From contig JANNXQ010000175.1 in the NCBI GenBank assembly GCA_031409655.1, forward strand, positions 1 to 38,024: a stretch of DNA of 38,024 nucleotides. Direction: 5' to 3'. The notes below the pieces were generated by a model. It made no database searches, had not been told where the DNA came from, and was given only the letters and a program-made list of their open reading frames with translations. Shown piece by piece: positions 16,805 to 26,169 of the stretch. The translations under genes were made by a program, and so were the position numbers. Numbering within the stretch: position 1 is the first letter of the stretch; the number at the start of each line of letters is the position of its first letter. Origin of the DNA: Chthoniobacteraceae bacterium (GTDB lineage: Bacteria > Verrucomicrobiota > Verrucomicrobiia > Chthoniobacterales > Chthoniobacteraceae).

Positions 16805-19057
16805 TCATCGCGCCTCGACGCGGAAGAACGCGGTGTCGTCGGGGACGGAAAATTCAAATTGGAGTTTGCCCTGCGCCGTGATGGTGGTTCCCGGCGGAGT
16901 GAAAGGGAGCGGCTGGAAGTCATTGGGGGCGGCGAGGCCGGTGGATTTCCTGAGCCCGATGGTGAGCTTGATCAGGCCGTTGGCCGGGTTGCGCCCGACG
17001 AGCAGTGGATCGATCCGCAGGGTCTTCACTTGCGCCGCGTTGTAGAGGTCGGCGGCGCCGGCATTGTCATAGAGAGAGTCCACCAAGGCGAGCTGGCCCA
17101 CCTGCCAGTCAAAGCCGAGCGCGGCCAGGTCGAGTTCCGCAGCATCACTCAATCCGTCGCCATCGGTGTCCTGGGAAAAGGTGAGGCCGTCGCCGGTGAT
17201 GGTGATGTCGAAAGGACTTTCATCCGGATCGTTGCTGGCGATGCGCAGCGTGGTGGTGCGATGGCCGGCGACATTGCCCAGGAAACGCACCGCGAAGGTG
17301 GTCTGCTGTCCAGCGGTCAGACTCAGGTCGATGCCGACGGCGTTCGTGTCGAAGTCTCCCGCACTGCCGCCGATGAGCGTTGGGTTCGACAGATTGAGCG
17401 TGGCCGCGCCCGTGTTGATGATGGTGAAAGTCTTGAACGCACTGGGCACTCCGACCACTGCGCTGAAGGCGACACTCCCGGCGCCAGCGTTGAGATTCGT
17501 GCCGGCGGGTTGCTCGACGGCGATGTCCGGCACAAGGCCGGTGCCGTAGAGCGGGATATCAAATGGGCTCTCATCCGGGTCGTTGCTGGTGATGCGCAGA
17601 GTGGTCGTGCGGTCGCCGCCGGCGGTGGGACTGAAGGTGACGGCGAACGTGGTCGATAGGCCGGCCGCGAGACTCAGCGCGATGCCGGTATTGTTCACGG
17701 TCCAGTCGCCGGCATTTCCGCCCGTGACCACCGGGTTGGAGAGCGTGAGCGTGGCGTGGCCGAAGTTCGTGATGGTGAAGGTCCGGGGCGAGCTCGATGC
17801 GCCGCGCGCCGTGGCGGCAAAGGTGACGCCCTCGCCGCCCGCGGTGAGGTTTGTTCCGGTGCCGGCGGGTTCCTCGACGTTGATCTCCGGGATGAGCGAG
17901 CCGCCCGCCCAGAGCAGCCGATGGCTCGGACTCTGAGAATCATAGCTGATCGCCGGCGACCCATTCGCTAGCGCCACGAGCGATGGGAGGCGGGCGGTGG
18001 TAATGCTGTTCACGGTGAGCGGTGCGCTCCACGCCGTGCCGCGAGGGTCGGTCGCACGCACGTATTTCGGCAAACTGCTGCCGCCCACATAGCCGATGGC
18101 AGGGTTGCCATTGATGATGGCCAGTGAGGGGTGACCGCCAGCGACGACCGTCTGCGGCGGGCCCCAAGTGGTGCCGAGCGGGTCTGTCGCGCGCACAAAT
18201 TTCACTTCGCCATAAACAATCCCCGGCCTGCCCTTCACTACTTTCATCGCGATGCGGTCCGGTCCGTTGAAGCCGAGGTTGTCCAATGGGAGCGGCGTCC
18301 CCCAAGCGCTGCCGTTAACGTCATTGGCCCGCACAAACTTCAGCATCGTGTCACCAGCGGGCGCGTTGGTGGGAGAATCCAGATCGCAGTAGCCAATGGC
18401 GGGGATGCTGCCGCCGACGATCACCAGCGAGGTGGCCACGACACGGACGCCCGTGCCGCCGATTTGGACCGGCGTGCCCCAGGCAGTGCCACTGGCATTG
18501 GTAGCCCGCACGAACATCAGGACTTTGTCATGGAGATCCCAGTAGCTGATCGCGGGAAAGCCATTGACGATCCGTAGCGAGGTCGTCGCGAATTCGCCGG
18601 CTTGATTGCTGGAGTCCGCGTCCACAGGCGCGCCCCAGCCAGCGCCGCTGGCATCGGTCGCACGGACGAATTTCAACCTGTCGTCATTCGGATCGACATA
18701 GCTGATGGCGGGGTTGCCGTTGACCACGGCTAGCGAGTTGGCCGCGCCCATCGTGCTGTCGCTGATGCCGGGGCTGACCACGGAAACACTCGCGCCCCAA
18801 GCGCTCCCAACTGCGTCGGCGGCCCGGACAAATTTCAAGCCGCGCGCGGGGCTGCTTCCGATGTGAAAGCTGATTGCCGGGTTCCCGTTGACGAGGGCGA
18901 GCGAATCATCGCCATAATCCGCGAGGCTGTTCCTGATCGTTCCGATCGTAAATGTCTGAGCGCTCGCATTTGTGAGCGCTGCGAGGAAGACGGTAAGGAT
19001 CGCGGGACCGACGAATCGGCAACGAGTCGCAGGAGTAGGGATGGGCAGCGTGTTCAT
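16805..19057 (-). CDS. secreted paralogue: 7 repeats (one propeller), two Ig-like domains and the same C-terminal domain (750 aa)
   Basis: Signal peptide ending ASA; 7 repeats of the same family; two EI.VE.PAG...SNDPDESPF domains; DTDGDGLSD...AFFRV tail. Alternative ATG at 19093. Confidence 0.85.
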   Translation of the reverse strand: MNTLPIPTPATRCRFVGPAILTVFLAALTNASAQTFTIGTIRNSLADYGDDSLALVNGNPAISFHIGSSPARGLKFVRAADAVGSAWGASVSVVSPGISDSTMGAANSLAVVNGNPAISYVDPNDDRLKFVRATDASGAGWGAPVDADSSNQAGEFATTSLRIVNGFPAISYWDLHDKVLMFVRATNASGTAWGTPVQIGGTGVRVVATSLVIVGGSIPAIGYCDLDSPTNAPAGDTMLKFVRANDVNGSAWGTPLPLDNLGFNGPDRIAMKVVKGRPGIVYGEVKFVRATDPLGTTWGPPQTVVAGGHPSLAIINGNPAIGYVGGSSLPKYVRATDPRGTAWSAPLTVNSITTARLPSLVALANGSPAISYDSQSPSHRLLWAGGSLIPEINVEEPAGTGTNLTAGGEGVTFAATARGASSSPRTFTITNFGHATLTLSNPVVTGGNAGDWTVNNTGIALSLAAGLSTTFAVTFSPTAGGDRTTTLRITSNDPDESPFDIPLYGTGLVPDIAVEQPAGTNLNAGAGSVAFSAVVGVPSAFKTFTIINTGAATLNLSNPTLIGGSAGDFDTNAVGIDLSLTAGQQTTFAVRFLGNVAGHRTTTLRIASNDPDESPFDITITGDGLTFSQDTDGDGLSDAAELDLAALGFDWQVGQLALVDSLYDNAGAADLYNAAQVKTLRIDPLLVGRNPANGLIKLTIGLRKSTGLAAPNDFQPLPFTPPGTTITAQGKLQFEFSVPDDTAFFRVEAR

Positions 19058-19098
19058 GGAGCGCGGACGCGTGGTGGTTGAGCCAGTCGCCATCTCTC

Positions 19099-19123
19099 TT
19101 GCGATTGCCGCGCGGAAAGTTTC
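19099..19123 (-). promoter_or_regulatory. candidate ECF sigma promoter (GAAACTTT-N11-TCGCAA) for the propeller-protein operon
   Basis: Minus strand GAAACTTTCCGCGCGGCAATCGCAA. The boxes and spacing are the same as at 22342-22366. Confidence 0.7.
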
Positions 19124-19140
19124 CGAAAATCTTTCCGGGT

Positions 19141-19252
19141 AAAGTATTCCCCGACTTTAGTCGGCCAAACCTCCCGCCCGCAGGGACGATCTCCAGCGTC
19201 GTGTGGACGCTTCTACACTCGACGCGGTGCCGACTTAAGTCGGGGCTACTTT
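19141..19252. repeat. REP doublet (REPIN-like), GTAG family 2
   Basis: AAAGTATTCCCCGACTTTAGTCGGC (19141-19165) faces GCCGACTTAAGTCGGGGCTACTTT (19229-19252). Each arm holds the palindrome CCGACTTwAGTCGG. It lies immediately after the kinase stop. Confidence 0.78.
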
Positions 19253-22200
19253 TCACCGCTCCCAGCGGATCCCCATCTTCTCCAGCTCCCGCTCCAACGC
19301 GCCGAGGTCCCACTCGAAGACGCGCGCGCCGACGCCGATGAGCCAGAGCTTGCGGCCATCGGCGCTCCAGACGGTCTCGCGGAAGTCGAGCACGCGGGGC
19401 GGGGTGAGCGTGATCAGTTCGCGCATCTCCGGCACCGCAAACAGCTTCATGGTTTCATTCGCGTAGGACATCGCGAGGCGCTTCGAGTCGGCGGAGAAGG
19501 CGTAGCAGTGCTGGCCGTAGGTCTCGCCGCCCGAAGGCCAGCGCGCCATCCGCCGCCAAGTGCCCGTCTGGTAGAGAAAGTTCTCCGCAGGGCTGCGCAG
19601 GAGCAGCCAGCGGCCATCGGGGGAAAAGGCGGTGCTGCCGGCGGCGCCGGGGCTTTCCAGTTCGATCGACTGGCCGGCGGCGAGGTCGATCACTTTCGCC
19701 GGGCTATCGACGCTGTTAGGCAGCGCCCAGCGGAGGTCCGGGGTGAAGTTCATGCGGCTGCGATTGGGCACCGCAAGCGTGGCGGCGCGGCTGGCGTCGC
19801 CTTCGGGCCAGAGTTCCCAGCGGTCCGAGTCCCAGTGCCGCACCAGCCAGCCGTTGTCCCGCGTGATGCCGTGGATCGTGGTCTTCCAACTGCCGGGCGG
19901 CCGTTCCTCCTCGCCGATGCTCACCTGGTCGCCGCGCGCACTGACGGTGAGCGGACGCCGCGCGATGCCGAAGCCCGCGGCCGGTTGCGCATACGCCACC
20001 CACTTCGCATCCGGCGTCACGAAGGCGGCGGTGTCGGAGACCCTGATCCCGCGAATCTTCCCCACCCGCTGCCGAGTCGTCGTGTTCCAGAAATCGATGC
20101 CGAAAGCATTCGTGCTGATGAGCAGCCGCCCATCCGGGGAGAGGGTGAGATCGGAACGGCCCGGGCTGACCTCGAACTGAAACTCCCCGCCGAACTCGCG
20201 AAACACGGAGTCGCACTCGAACTCCATGAGGCCCAGCGTTCGCCAGCCGGTGCCGTTGGCGAGGCGTTTCCCATCGGGCGACCAGCGCAGCGTCCGTGTG
20301 GTGCCGTGTGCGACCAGCAGCAGACTGGCGTCCCGGTAATCCCAGAGCCGCACCAGGCTGTCGCCGCCGACCCCGGTGAGGATGAAAAGCGTGGGATGAT
20401 ACGCGAGCCGCGTCTGGCCTTGCACCCCGCAATAGAGGCGGGAAAGCAGAGCACCGTCGGTGGCGCGGAGATTGAGGATCTCGGGACGCCCCGCCCCGCC
20501 CGTGATCGCCAGACACACCCCGTGCGGCTCCCACGCCATCGCCGGGTCCACGGAGGCCAGCGGGTATTCCCACAGCTTGCGGGCTGCGCGCACGTCCCAC
20601 AATTCGACGCCATCGGGATAGGCGAGGGCGAGGCGTTCGCCTTTCGGATCGAAGAGGATGCTCCCGGCGACTTTCCCCGTGGCCGGCAGCAACTCCGCCG
20701 TGCCGCCGTCGTCGTTGATTTTCAAGATGGCGCCGTCGGGAGCGATCACCGCCCACGCCCCCAGCGCCGCGGAAAAGGCCGCGTTCATCCCTTTCTCCAT
20801 GCCCCTCACACTCGCAGCGCGGACTTCCGCCAAGGGTTTGATATCATCCGTGCGCCAGAACTGCACCACCGAGTCCGCCAGCCGCGCGGCGAGCGTCTGG
20901 CCATCGGGCGCAAAAGCAAACGCCGTCGCCGGCTGATCGGCGGGAAAACTCCGCAGCAGCCGGCCATCGCGCGCCGCGTGCAGGGTGAAGCCGCCGCTGG
21001 AATCCGGCACTGCGCATTGCTCCAGGTCGGGGGAAAACTCGGGCTGGTTGAAGCCGCCCGTCCGCGCGGGCCACGAATGTGTGAAGCGCAAATCAGCCCG
21101 CGCGAGCGCCACCGCCACGGCGCTGCTCACATCGGCGCCCTGCCGGATCGCCGCAGCTTTCTGCAAAGTCTCCAGCGCGTCGAAGCGCTGCCCCACGCTG
21201 CCGCTCGCCGATTGAAATTGCGCCTCCTTGAGCAGCGCCGTCCGCAGCGCTTCGTTCGTGTTCCGATACGCAGCGACGATGAGGATCGCCGCGGTGATCA
21301 CCGACGCTGCGAGCAGCGCGCACAAGGACGCGACGACCGGATTGCGCCGCGCCCAGAGCCGCAGCCTTTCCACCGGCGAAACGGGCCGTGCGCGAATCGG
21401 GTGCCCGTCGAGCCAACGGCGCAGGTCGTTCGCCAGTTCGCTCGCGCTGGCGTAACGCCGCGCTGGCTCTCGGGCCAGCGCCTTCATCGCGATGACCGCA
21501 AGATCGCGAGGCACATCGGGCAGCGACGCCGGCTCGGTATCCGTGATCGCGCGCAGCAACTCCTGAATCGACCCATCCTCGAAAGGCCGCCGCTGCGCGA
21601 GCATTTCGTAAAGGATCACGCCGAGGCTCCACACATCGCTCGCCGTGGTCGCCGCGCGCGCATCGTGCGCCGCAATCTCCGGCGCGAGATAATGCGGTGT
21701 GCCAAGCACCGCCGTCGTGCGCGTGAGCGTGCCGTCGGTCGAGTCGAGCAGCTTCGCGAGCCCGAAATCGCTCACGAAGGCGTGACCGCTTTCGTCGAAG
21801 AGAATGTTCGCCGGCTTGAGATCGCGATGGAGCACCGCGCGGGCATGCGCGTGCTGCACGGCCTCCGCCACGGTCGCAACCAGCTCCGCAATTGCGCGCC
21901 ACTTCCCCGCATAGTCGCCGAGCCGCTCCGCGAGCGTGCCGCCCGTCGCGAGCTTCATGGTGAAGAACGGGATGCCGTCGTGCTCGCCGAACGCGAAGAC
22001 CGGCAGGATCGCCGCATGTTCGAGCTCGGCCATCGCCTTCGCCTCCTGGCGAAACCGCACCAGCGCCGCCGGCGAATCCAGCTCCGCCCCGCGCATCGTT
22101 TTGAGCGCCACCACGCGATCCGGCTCCCGCTGCCGCGCGCGATAAACCACGCCCATCCCACCGCGCGCAATCTCCTCAATCAACTCATGCCCGCCGATCT

Positions 22201-22330
22201 CCCCGAGCGCGCCGCCTTCCTCCGCAACGTCGAACGCCGCCGCAAACAAACACGCCGCACACCGCCCGTGATGCCGCGCCGCATCGAGCGCGGCGCCACA
22301 GGTATTGCAGATCGTCGCGACGGGGATCAT
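19253..22330 (-). CDS. membrane Ser/Thr protein kinase with N-terminal Cys ribbon and C-terminal WD40-like propellers (1025 aa)
   Basis: CNTCG..CAAC; ARGGMGVVY; VALK; HRDLKPAN; DFGLAK; GTPHYLAPE; DVWSLG; TM helix; repeated F(S/A)PDG..LA and LWD motifs. Confidence 0.93.
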   Translation of the reverse strand: MIPVATICNTCGAALDAARHHGRCAACLFAAAFDVAEEGGALGEIGGHELIEEIARGGMGVVYRARQREPDRVVALKTMRGAELDSPAALVRFRQEAKAMAELEHAAILPVFAFGEHDGIPFFTMKLATGGTLAERLGDYAGKWRAIAELVATVAEAVQHAHARAVLHRDLKPANILFDESGHAFVSDFGLAKLLDSTDGTLTRTTAVLGTPHYLAPEIAAHDARAATTASDVWSLGVILYEMLAQRRPFEDGSIQELLRAITDTEPASLPDVPRDLAVIAMKALAREPARRYASASELANDLRRWLDGHPIRARPVSPVERLRLWARRNPVVASLCALLAASVITAAILIVAAYRNTNEALRTALLKEAQFQSASGSVGQRFDALETLQKAAAIRQGADVSSAVAVALARADLRFTHSWPARTGGFNQPEFSPDLEQCAVPDSSGGFTLHAARDGRLLRSFPADQPATAFAFAPDGQTLAARLADSVVQFWRTDDIKPLAEVRAASVRGMEKGMNAAFSAALGAWAVIAPDGAILKINDDGGTAELLPATGKVAGSILFDPKGERLALAYPDGVELWDVRAARKLWEYPLASVDPAMAWEPHGVCLAITGGAGRPEILNLRATDGALLSRLYCGVQGQTRLAYHPTLFILTGVGGDSLVRLWDYRDASLLLVAHGTTRTLRWSPDGKRLANGTGWRTLGLMEFECDSVFREFGGEFQFEVSPGRSDLTLSPDGRLLISTNAFGIDFWNTTTRQRVGKIRGIRVSDTAAFVTPDAKWVAYAQPAAGFGIARRPLTVSARGDQVSIGEEERPPGSWKTTIHGITRDNGWLVRHWDSDRWELWPEGDASRAATLAVPNRSRMNFTPDLRWALPNSVDSPAKVIDLAAGQSIELESPGAAGSTAFSPDGRWLLLRSPAENFLYQTGTWRRMARWPSGGETYGQHCYAFSADSKRLAMSYANETMKLFAVPEMRELITLTPPRVLDFRETVWSADGRKLWLIGVGARVFEWDLGALERELEKMGIRWER

Positions 22331-22341
22331 CGCAGGGAGTA

Positions 22342-22366
22342 TTGCGAACGCCGGGGAAAAAGTTTC
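22342..22366 (-). promoter_or_regulatory. candidate ECF sigma promoter (GAAACTTT-N11-TCGCAA) for the kinase gene
   Basis: Minus strand GAAACTTTTTCCCCGGCGTTCGCAA. It overlaps the ECF stop codon and ends 11 nt before the kinase ATG. Confidence 0.7.
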
Positions 22367-23075
22367 ACGCGCCGGGCGAGGAAAGGACGCGATGGAGGTA
22401 GGCGAGTTCCTCGTCGATCTCGTGCGCCGCGCTCACCGTGCGCGCCACGCCCGCGCGGAGTTCCTCGCGAAACCGCTGCCGCACGCGATGCACCGCCGTC
22501 TTCAAAGCCGGCAGCGAAAGGCCAAGCTGCGCCGCCGCTTCCTCATACCCCGGCGTCGCGCCTGCACCCGGCAGAAACCGCGAGATCACCTGCCACTCAC
22601 CCTCGCGTCCACCTTCCAGGTAAGGCCGCGCCACGCCCGCCAGCGCCGCATCCATGAGTTGCCCCGCCCACTCGCGATCGAACACCTGGTCTCCCTGCTC
22701 CACCGCCGCTGCCGGCTCGAAACCATTCTCCCCCAATTCATCGAGACTCCCGATGAACACCCCGCCGCCCCGGCATTCCGCCCCTTCGCGCTCCCGCACC
22801 CGCCCGACGACATGCATCAGCGTCCCGAGCAGGAAAGTGCGGAAGCGCCCCTGCGCGCGATCGGCCCGCTTCCACGCCCGCGATTCGAGCAGCCGGAGAA
22901 AAAACTCCTGCGTCGAATCCTCCGCCGCCCCTGCTGGATACCCGCGCTGAAGCAGAAACGCGACGACCGGCGGCCGATAAGATTCGCAGAGTCGCGCCAG
23001 CGCCCCGCGAGCCTCGGCATCACCGCTCAGGCTCGCCTCCGCCAGCAAACTCCATTGCGTCGTCGGAAAAGGCAC
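22365..23075 (-). CDS. ECF-type RNA polymerase sigma factor (kinase-associated type)
   Basis: FPTTQWSL, AL..LCESY.PP, AEDSTQEFF, GRFRTFL, FDREWA, Y.E.A..LG......KTAVHR.R.RF, IDEEL..L. Probable GTG start at 23075. Confidence 0.9.
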   Translation of the reverse strand: MPFPTTQWSLLAEASLSGDAEARGALARLCESYRPPVVAFLLQRGYPAGAAEDSTQEFFLRLLESRAWKRADRAQGRFRTFLLGTLMHVVGRVREREGAECRGGGVFIGSLDELGENGFEPAAAVEQGDQVFDREWAGQLMDAALAGVARPYLEGGREGEWQVISRFLPGAGATPGYEEAAAQLGLSLPALKTAVHRVRQRFREELRAGVARTVSAAHEIDEELAYLHRVLSSPGA

Positions 23076-23214
23076 TCTGGAATTTACAATAAAGGCCGGC
23101 CCGCTGGGAAGTCTGCATCTGCATGCGCGGGCTGACGATGCGGAGGCGCCTCTTGATCCCTGAAATCTGACGCGCCGCTGGCGGTCCATGGGGTGCGTGT
23201 TAGCGTGGCCGTTC

Positions 23215-25440
23215 ATGCCTTTCCAACTTTCCTCGCAATACCAGCCCATGGGCGATCAGGCGCAGGCCATCGCGAAGCTGACCAAATCCGTCGAGGCAGG
23301 GAACCGGCATCAGACGCTGCTCGGCGTCACCGGGTCGGGGAAGACTTTCACGGCGGCGAATGTCATCCGCAATGTGGACCGGCCGACGCTCGTGATGTCG
23401 CACAACAAGACCCTCGCGGCGCAGCTCTACTCGGAGTTCAAGCAGTTCTTCCCCGACAATGCGGTCGAGTATTTCGTCAGCTACTTCGACTACTACCAGC
23501 CCGAGGCGTACATCCCGCGGACGGATACTTACATCGAGAAGGACTCGGCGATTAATGAAGAGATCGAGCGGCTGCGGCTTTCGACCACTTCTTCGCTGCT
23601 CACGCGGCGCGATGTGCTCGTCGTCGCGAGCGTCTCGTGCATCTACGGCCTCGGTTCGCCGGAGGACTATCTGAACATGCTGCTGACGGTGAAGCTCGGG
23701 CAGACGCTGACCCGCGAAGGGGCGCTGGCGAAGCTCGTCGAGATGCTCTACGAGCGGAACGATGTGGCCTTTGAGCGCGGGCGCTTCCGGGTGCGCGGCG
23801 ATGTCGTGGAGGTGTATCCGGCGAATGCCGACGAGGAGGCGATCCGCATCGAGTTTTTCGGCGATGAAGTGGATCGCCTCACGCGCTTCGAACCGCTCAC
23901 CGGGCATCCGATCGATCAGCTCACGACGGTCACGCTATTTCCCGCGAAGCAATTCGTGACGCCTTACGACAAGATGCTGCGCGCGCAGCGGACGATCCGC
24001 GAAGAACTCGATGAGCGGATCATCTGGTTTGAAAAGCACGGGCAGTTACTCGAAGCGCAGCGGATCAAGATGCGCACGGAATACGATCTGGAGATGATGC
24101 AGGAGATGGGCTTTTGCAGCGGGATCGAAAACTACTCGCGGCATCTCAGCGGACGTCCGCCAGGCTCGCGGCCCTTCACGTTACTCGACTTTTTTCCCAA
24201 GGACTACCTGCTCGTGATCGACGAGTCGCACGCCTCGGTCCCGCAGATCGGCGGGATGTATGAAGGCGATCGCTCGCGCAAGACCACGCTCGTGAACTAC
24301 GGCTTCCGCCTGCCCAGCGCGCTCGATAACCGGCCGCTGATGTTCCGCGAATTCATGGAGATGGCGGGGCAACTGATGTACATCAGCGCGACGCCGGCGG
24401 AGTTTGAAATCAAGAACTCGGTCGTGGGGAATGGCGGATACATTCCGCATAAGCGGGAGCGGATCGGGGAGGAGGAGGCGATTCCCTTCGTAACGGCAGG
24501 GGAAGAACGCCAAACTTCAAACGCCAAACTCCAAACTCCAAACGATGTGCCGCGACTCTCTCGCACGGATCTGCCGGTTGAGGAGTTCGATGTTCACACG
24601 GCAGGATCGCCGCTGGTGGTTGAGCAGATCATTCGTCCGACGGGGTTGCTTGATCCGCAGATCACCATTCGCCCGCTCAAGGATCAGATCGACGAGACGA
24701 TGGAGCTTTGCCGACAGCGCGTGGAGTTGAAAGAGCGTGTGCTCATCACCACGCTCACGAAGCGCACCGCGGAAGACCTTGCCGACTACCTGCGCGAGGT
24801 TGGCTTGAAAGTGCGCTACCTGCATAGCGACATCGACACCATCGAGCGCGTCGAAATCCTGCGCGCGCTGCGGGCGGCGGAGTTCGACATCCTCGTCGGC
24901 ATCAATCTCCTCCGCGAAGGACTCGACCTCCCCGAGGTCTCGCTGGTCTGCATCCTCGATGCGGACAAGGAAGGTTACCTGCGCTCGCAGACTTCGCTCA
25001 TCCAGACCGCCGGTCGCGCGGCGCGGCATGTGAATGGGCAGGTCTATCTCTTCGCCGACACCGTGACGAAGAGCATGCAAGCGCTCCTCGCGATCACCGA
25101 ATACCGCCGGGGAAAGCAGATGGAGTACAACGCCAAGCACGGCATCACCCCGCGCAGTGTGATGCGGGCGGTGCAGGAAAGTCTGCACACCATTCTGCGC
25201 GGTCGGCAGCTCGAAGAGTCCGTCGTCCGCGAAGGCGGCGCCGACTTAAATCTCACCGATCTCCTGCGCGAACTTGAGCAAGAGATGCTCACGGCGTCGG
25301 GCAATCTCGAATACGAAAAGGCCGCACTGCTCCGCGATCAGATCGCCGAACTCAAAGCCGGCACCGGCATTTCCAAACTCGAGCCGAAGCGCAAGCCGGT
25401 GAAGTATCCGAAGCCGGCCCGCGGGAAGAAGCGGGCATAG
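23215..25440 (+). CDS. uvrB: excinuclease ABC subunit B
   Basis: GDQ..AI; GVTGSGKT; HNKTLAAQLY; YFVSYFDYYQPEAY; DESH; GFRLPSALDNRPL; GINLLREGLDLPEV; QTAGRAARH; C-terminal UVR coiled coil. Confidence 0.98.
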   Translation: MPFQLSSQYQPMGDQAQAIAKLTKSVEAGNRHQTLLGVTGSGKTFTAANVIRNVDRPTLVMSHNKTLAAQLYSEFKQFFPDNAVEYFVSYFDYYQPEAYIPRTDTYIEKDSAINEEIERLRLSTTSSLLTRRDVLVVASVSCIYGLGSPEDYLNMLLTVKLGQTLTREGALAKLVEMLYERNDVAFERGRFRVRGDVVEVYPANADEEAIRIEFFGDEVDRLTRFEPLTGHPIDQLTTVTLFPAKQFVTPYDKMLRAQRTIREELDERIIWFEKHGQLLEAQRIKMRTEYDLEMMQEMGFCSGIENYSRHLSGRPPGSRPFTLLDFFPKDYLLVIDESHASVPQIGGMYEGDRSRKTTLVNYGFRLPSALDNRPLMFREFMEMAGQLMYISATPAEFEIKNSVVGNGGYIPHKRERIGEEEAIPFVTAGEERQTSNAKLQTPNDVPRLSRTDLPVEEFDVHTAGSPLVVEQIIRPTGLLDPQITIRPLKDQIDETMELCRQRVELKERVLITTLTKRTAEDLADYLREVGLKVRYLHSDIDTIERVEILRALRAAEFDILVGINLLREGLDLPEVSLVCILDADKEGYLRSQTSLIQTAGRAARHVNGQVYLFADTVTKSMQALLAITEYRRGKQMEYNAKHGITPRSVMRAVQESLHTILRGRQLEESVVREGGADLNLTDLLRELEQEMLTASGNLEYEKAALLRDQIAELKAGTGISKLEPKRKPVKYPKPARGKKRA
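24506..24543 (+). repeat. AAC[GT][CT]CA heptamer array inside uvrB
   Basis: AACGCCA AACTTCA AACGCCA AACTCCA AACTCCA AAC. Positions 24509-24529 are the exact reverse complement of 8786-8806. Confidence 0.85.
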
Positions 25441-25444
25441 CTCC

Positions 25445-25507
25445 CAAGGAGCAGGGGCGCCCTCGCCCCGAGTCTCCTCCACGGGGCGAGGGTGCCCCTG
25501 CTCCTTG
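25445..25507. repeat. REP doublet (REPIN-like), family 1, second copy
   Basis: 26-bp arms (25445-25470, 25482-25507) with one mismatch, directly after the uvrB stop. Near-identical to the copy at 13745-13808. Confidence 0.85.
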
Positions 25508-25552
25508 ATCTTTCGGCAGACAGCATCCGCGCGCCGCTGCTACGCTGCGGAC

Positions 25553-26119
25553 ATGTCCATTGCTACAAAGACCGGCGACGCCGGCACCACCGCCCTGATG
25601 TATGGCCGCCGCGTCTCGAAGACGGATGCGCGGGTGTGTGCTTACGGCACCGTGGATGAAATGAACGCCGCGCTCGGGACGGTGCGCGCGACGGTTGGCG
25701 ATGCCTATGTCACGGACGCGGTGCTCTCGATTCAAAAGGAACTCGTGACGCTCATGGGCGAACTGGCGGTGGCCCACGAGGATCGCCAGCGGTACCTGGA
25801 CGGCGGGCATCACTTCGTCTCTGCGGCGATGGTCGATCGGCTCACGGCGATCGTGGATGATCTCGAGAAGAATCAGCACATCAGCTACCACGGTTGGGCC
25901 ACTCCTGGTGCGACTGTGGGCAGCGCCGCGCTCGATGTGGCGCGCACCGTTTGTCGCCGCGCGGAGCGGGAAGTGATCGCGCTCAGCGAGTCGGGCGTGG
26001 CGGTGAATCCGGAGATCGTGCGTTACCTCAATCGTCTCTCGGATCTCTGCTGGCTCTGGGCGCGCTGGATCGAAACGCGCGCCGCCGGGATGCTTCCAGA
26101 GAGCGCGCCGCCGGGGTAG
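25553..26119 (+). CDS. ATP:cob(I)alamin adenosyltransferase, PduO type
   Basis: IATKTGDAGTT, RVSK, YGTVDE.N, ARTVCRRAER, YLNRLSD. Confidence 0.93.
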   Translation: MSIATKTGDAGTTALMYGRRVSKTDARVCAYGTVDEMNAALGTVRATVGDAYVTDAVLSIQKELVTLMGELAVAHEDRQRYLDGGHHFVSAAMVDRLTAIVDDLEKNQHISYHGWATPGATVGSAALDVARTVCRRAEREVIALSESGVAVNPEIVRYLNRLSDLCWLWARWIETRAAGMLPESAPPG

Positions 26120-26169
26120 GCGCTCCCTCTAAGGTTGGGGGCTGATCCGGGGTCTCATTTGAGCCTCCC

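Noticed and set aside
19508..22657. 1049-aa plus-strand ORF
   Set aside because: Antisense to the kinase and ECF genes, with no motifs; a typical high-GC shadow frame.
24421..24612. UvrB insertion as an intein
   Set aside because: Too short, and it lacks a C-terminal His-Asn followed by Cys/Ser/Thr.
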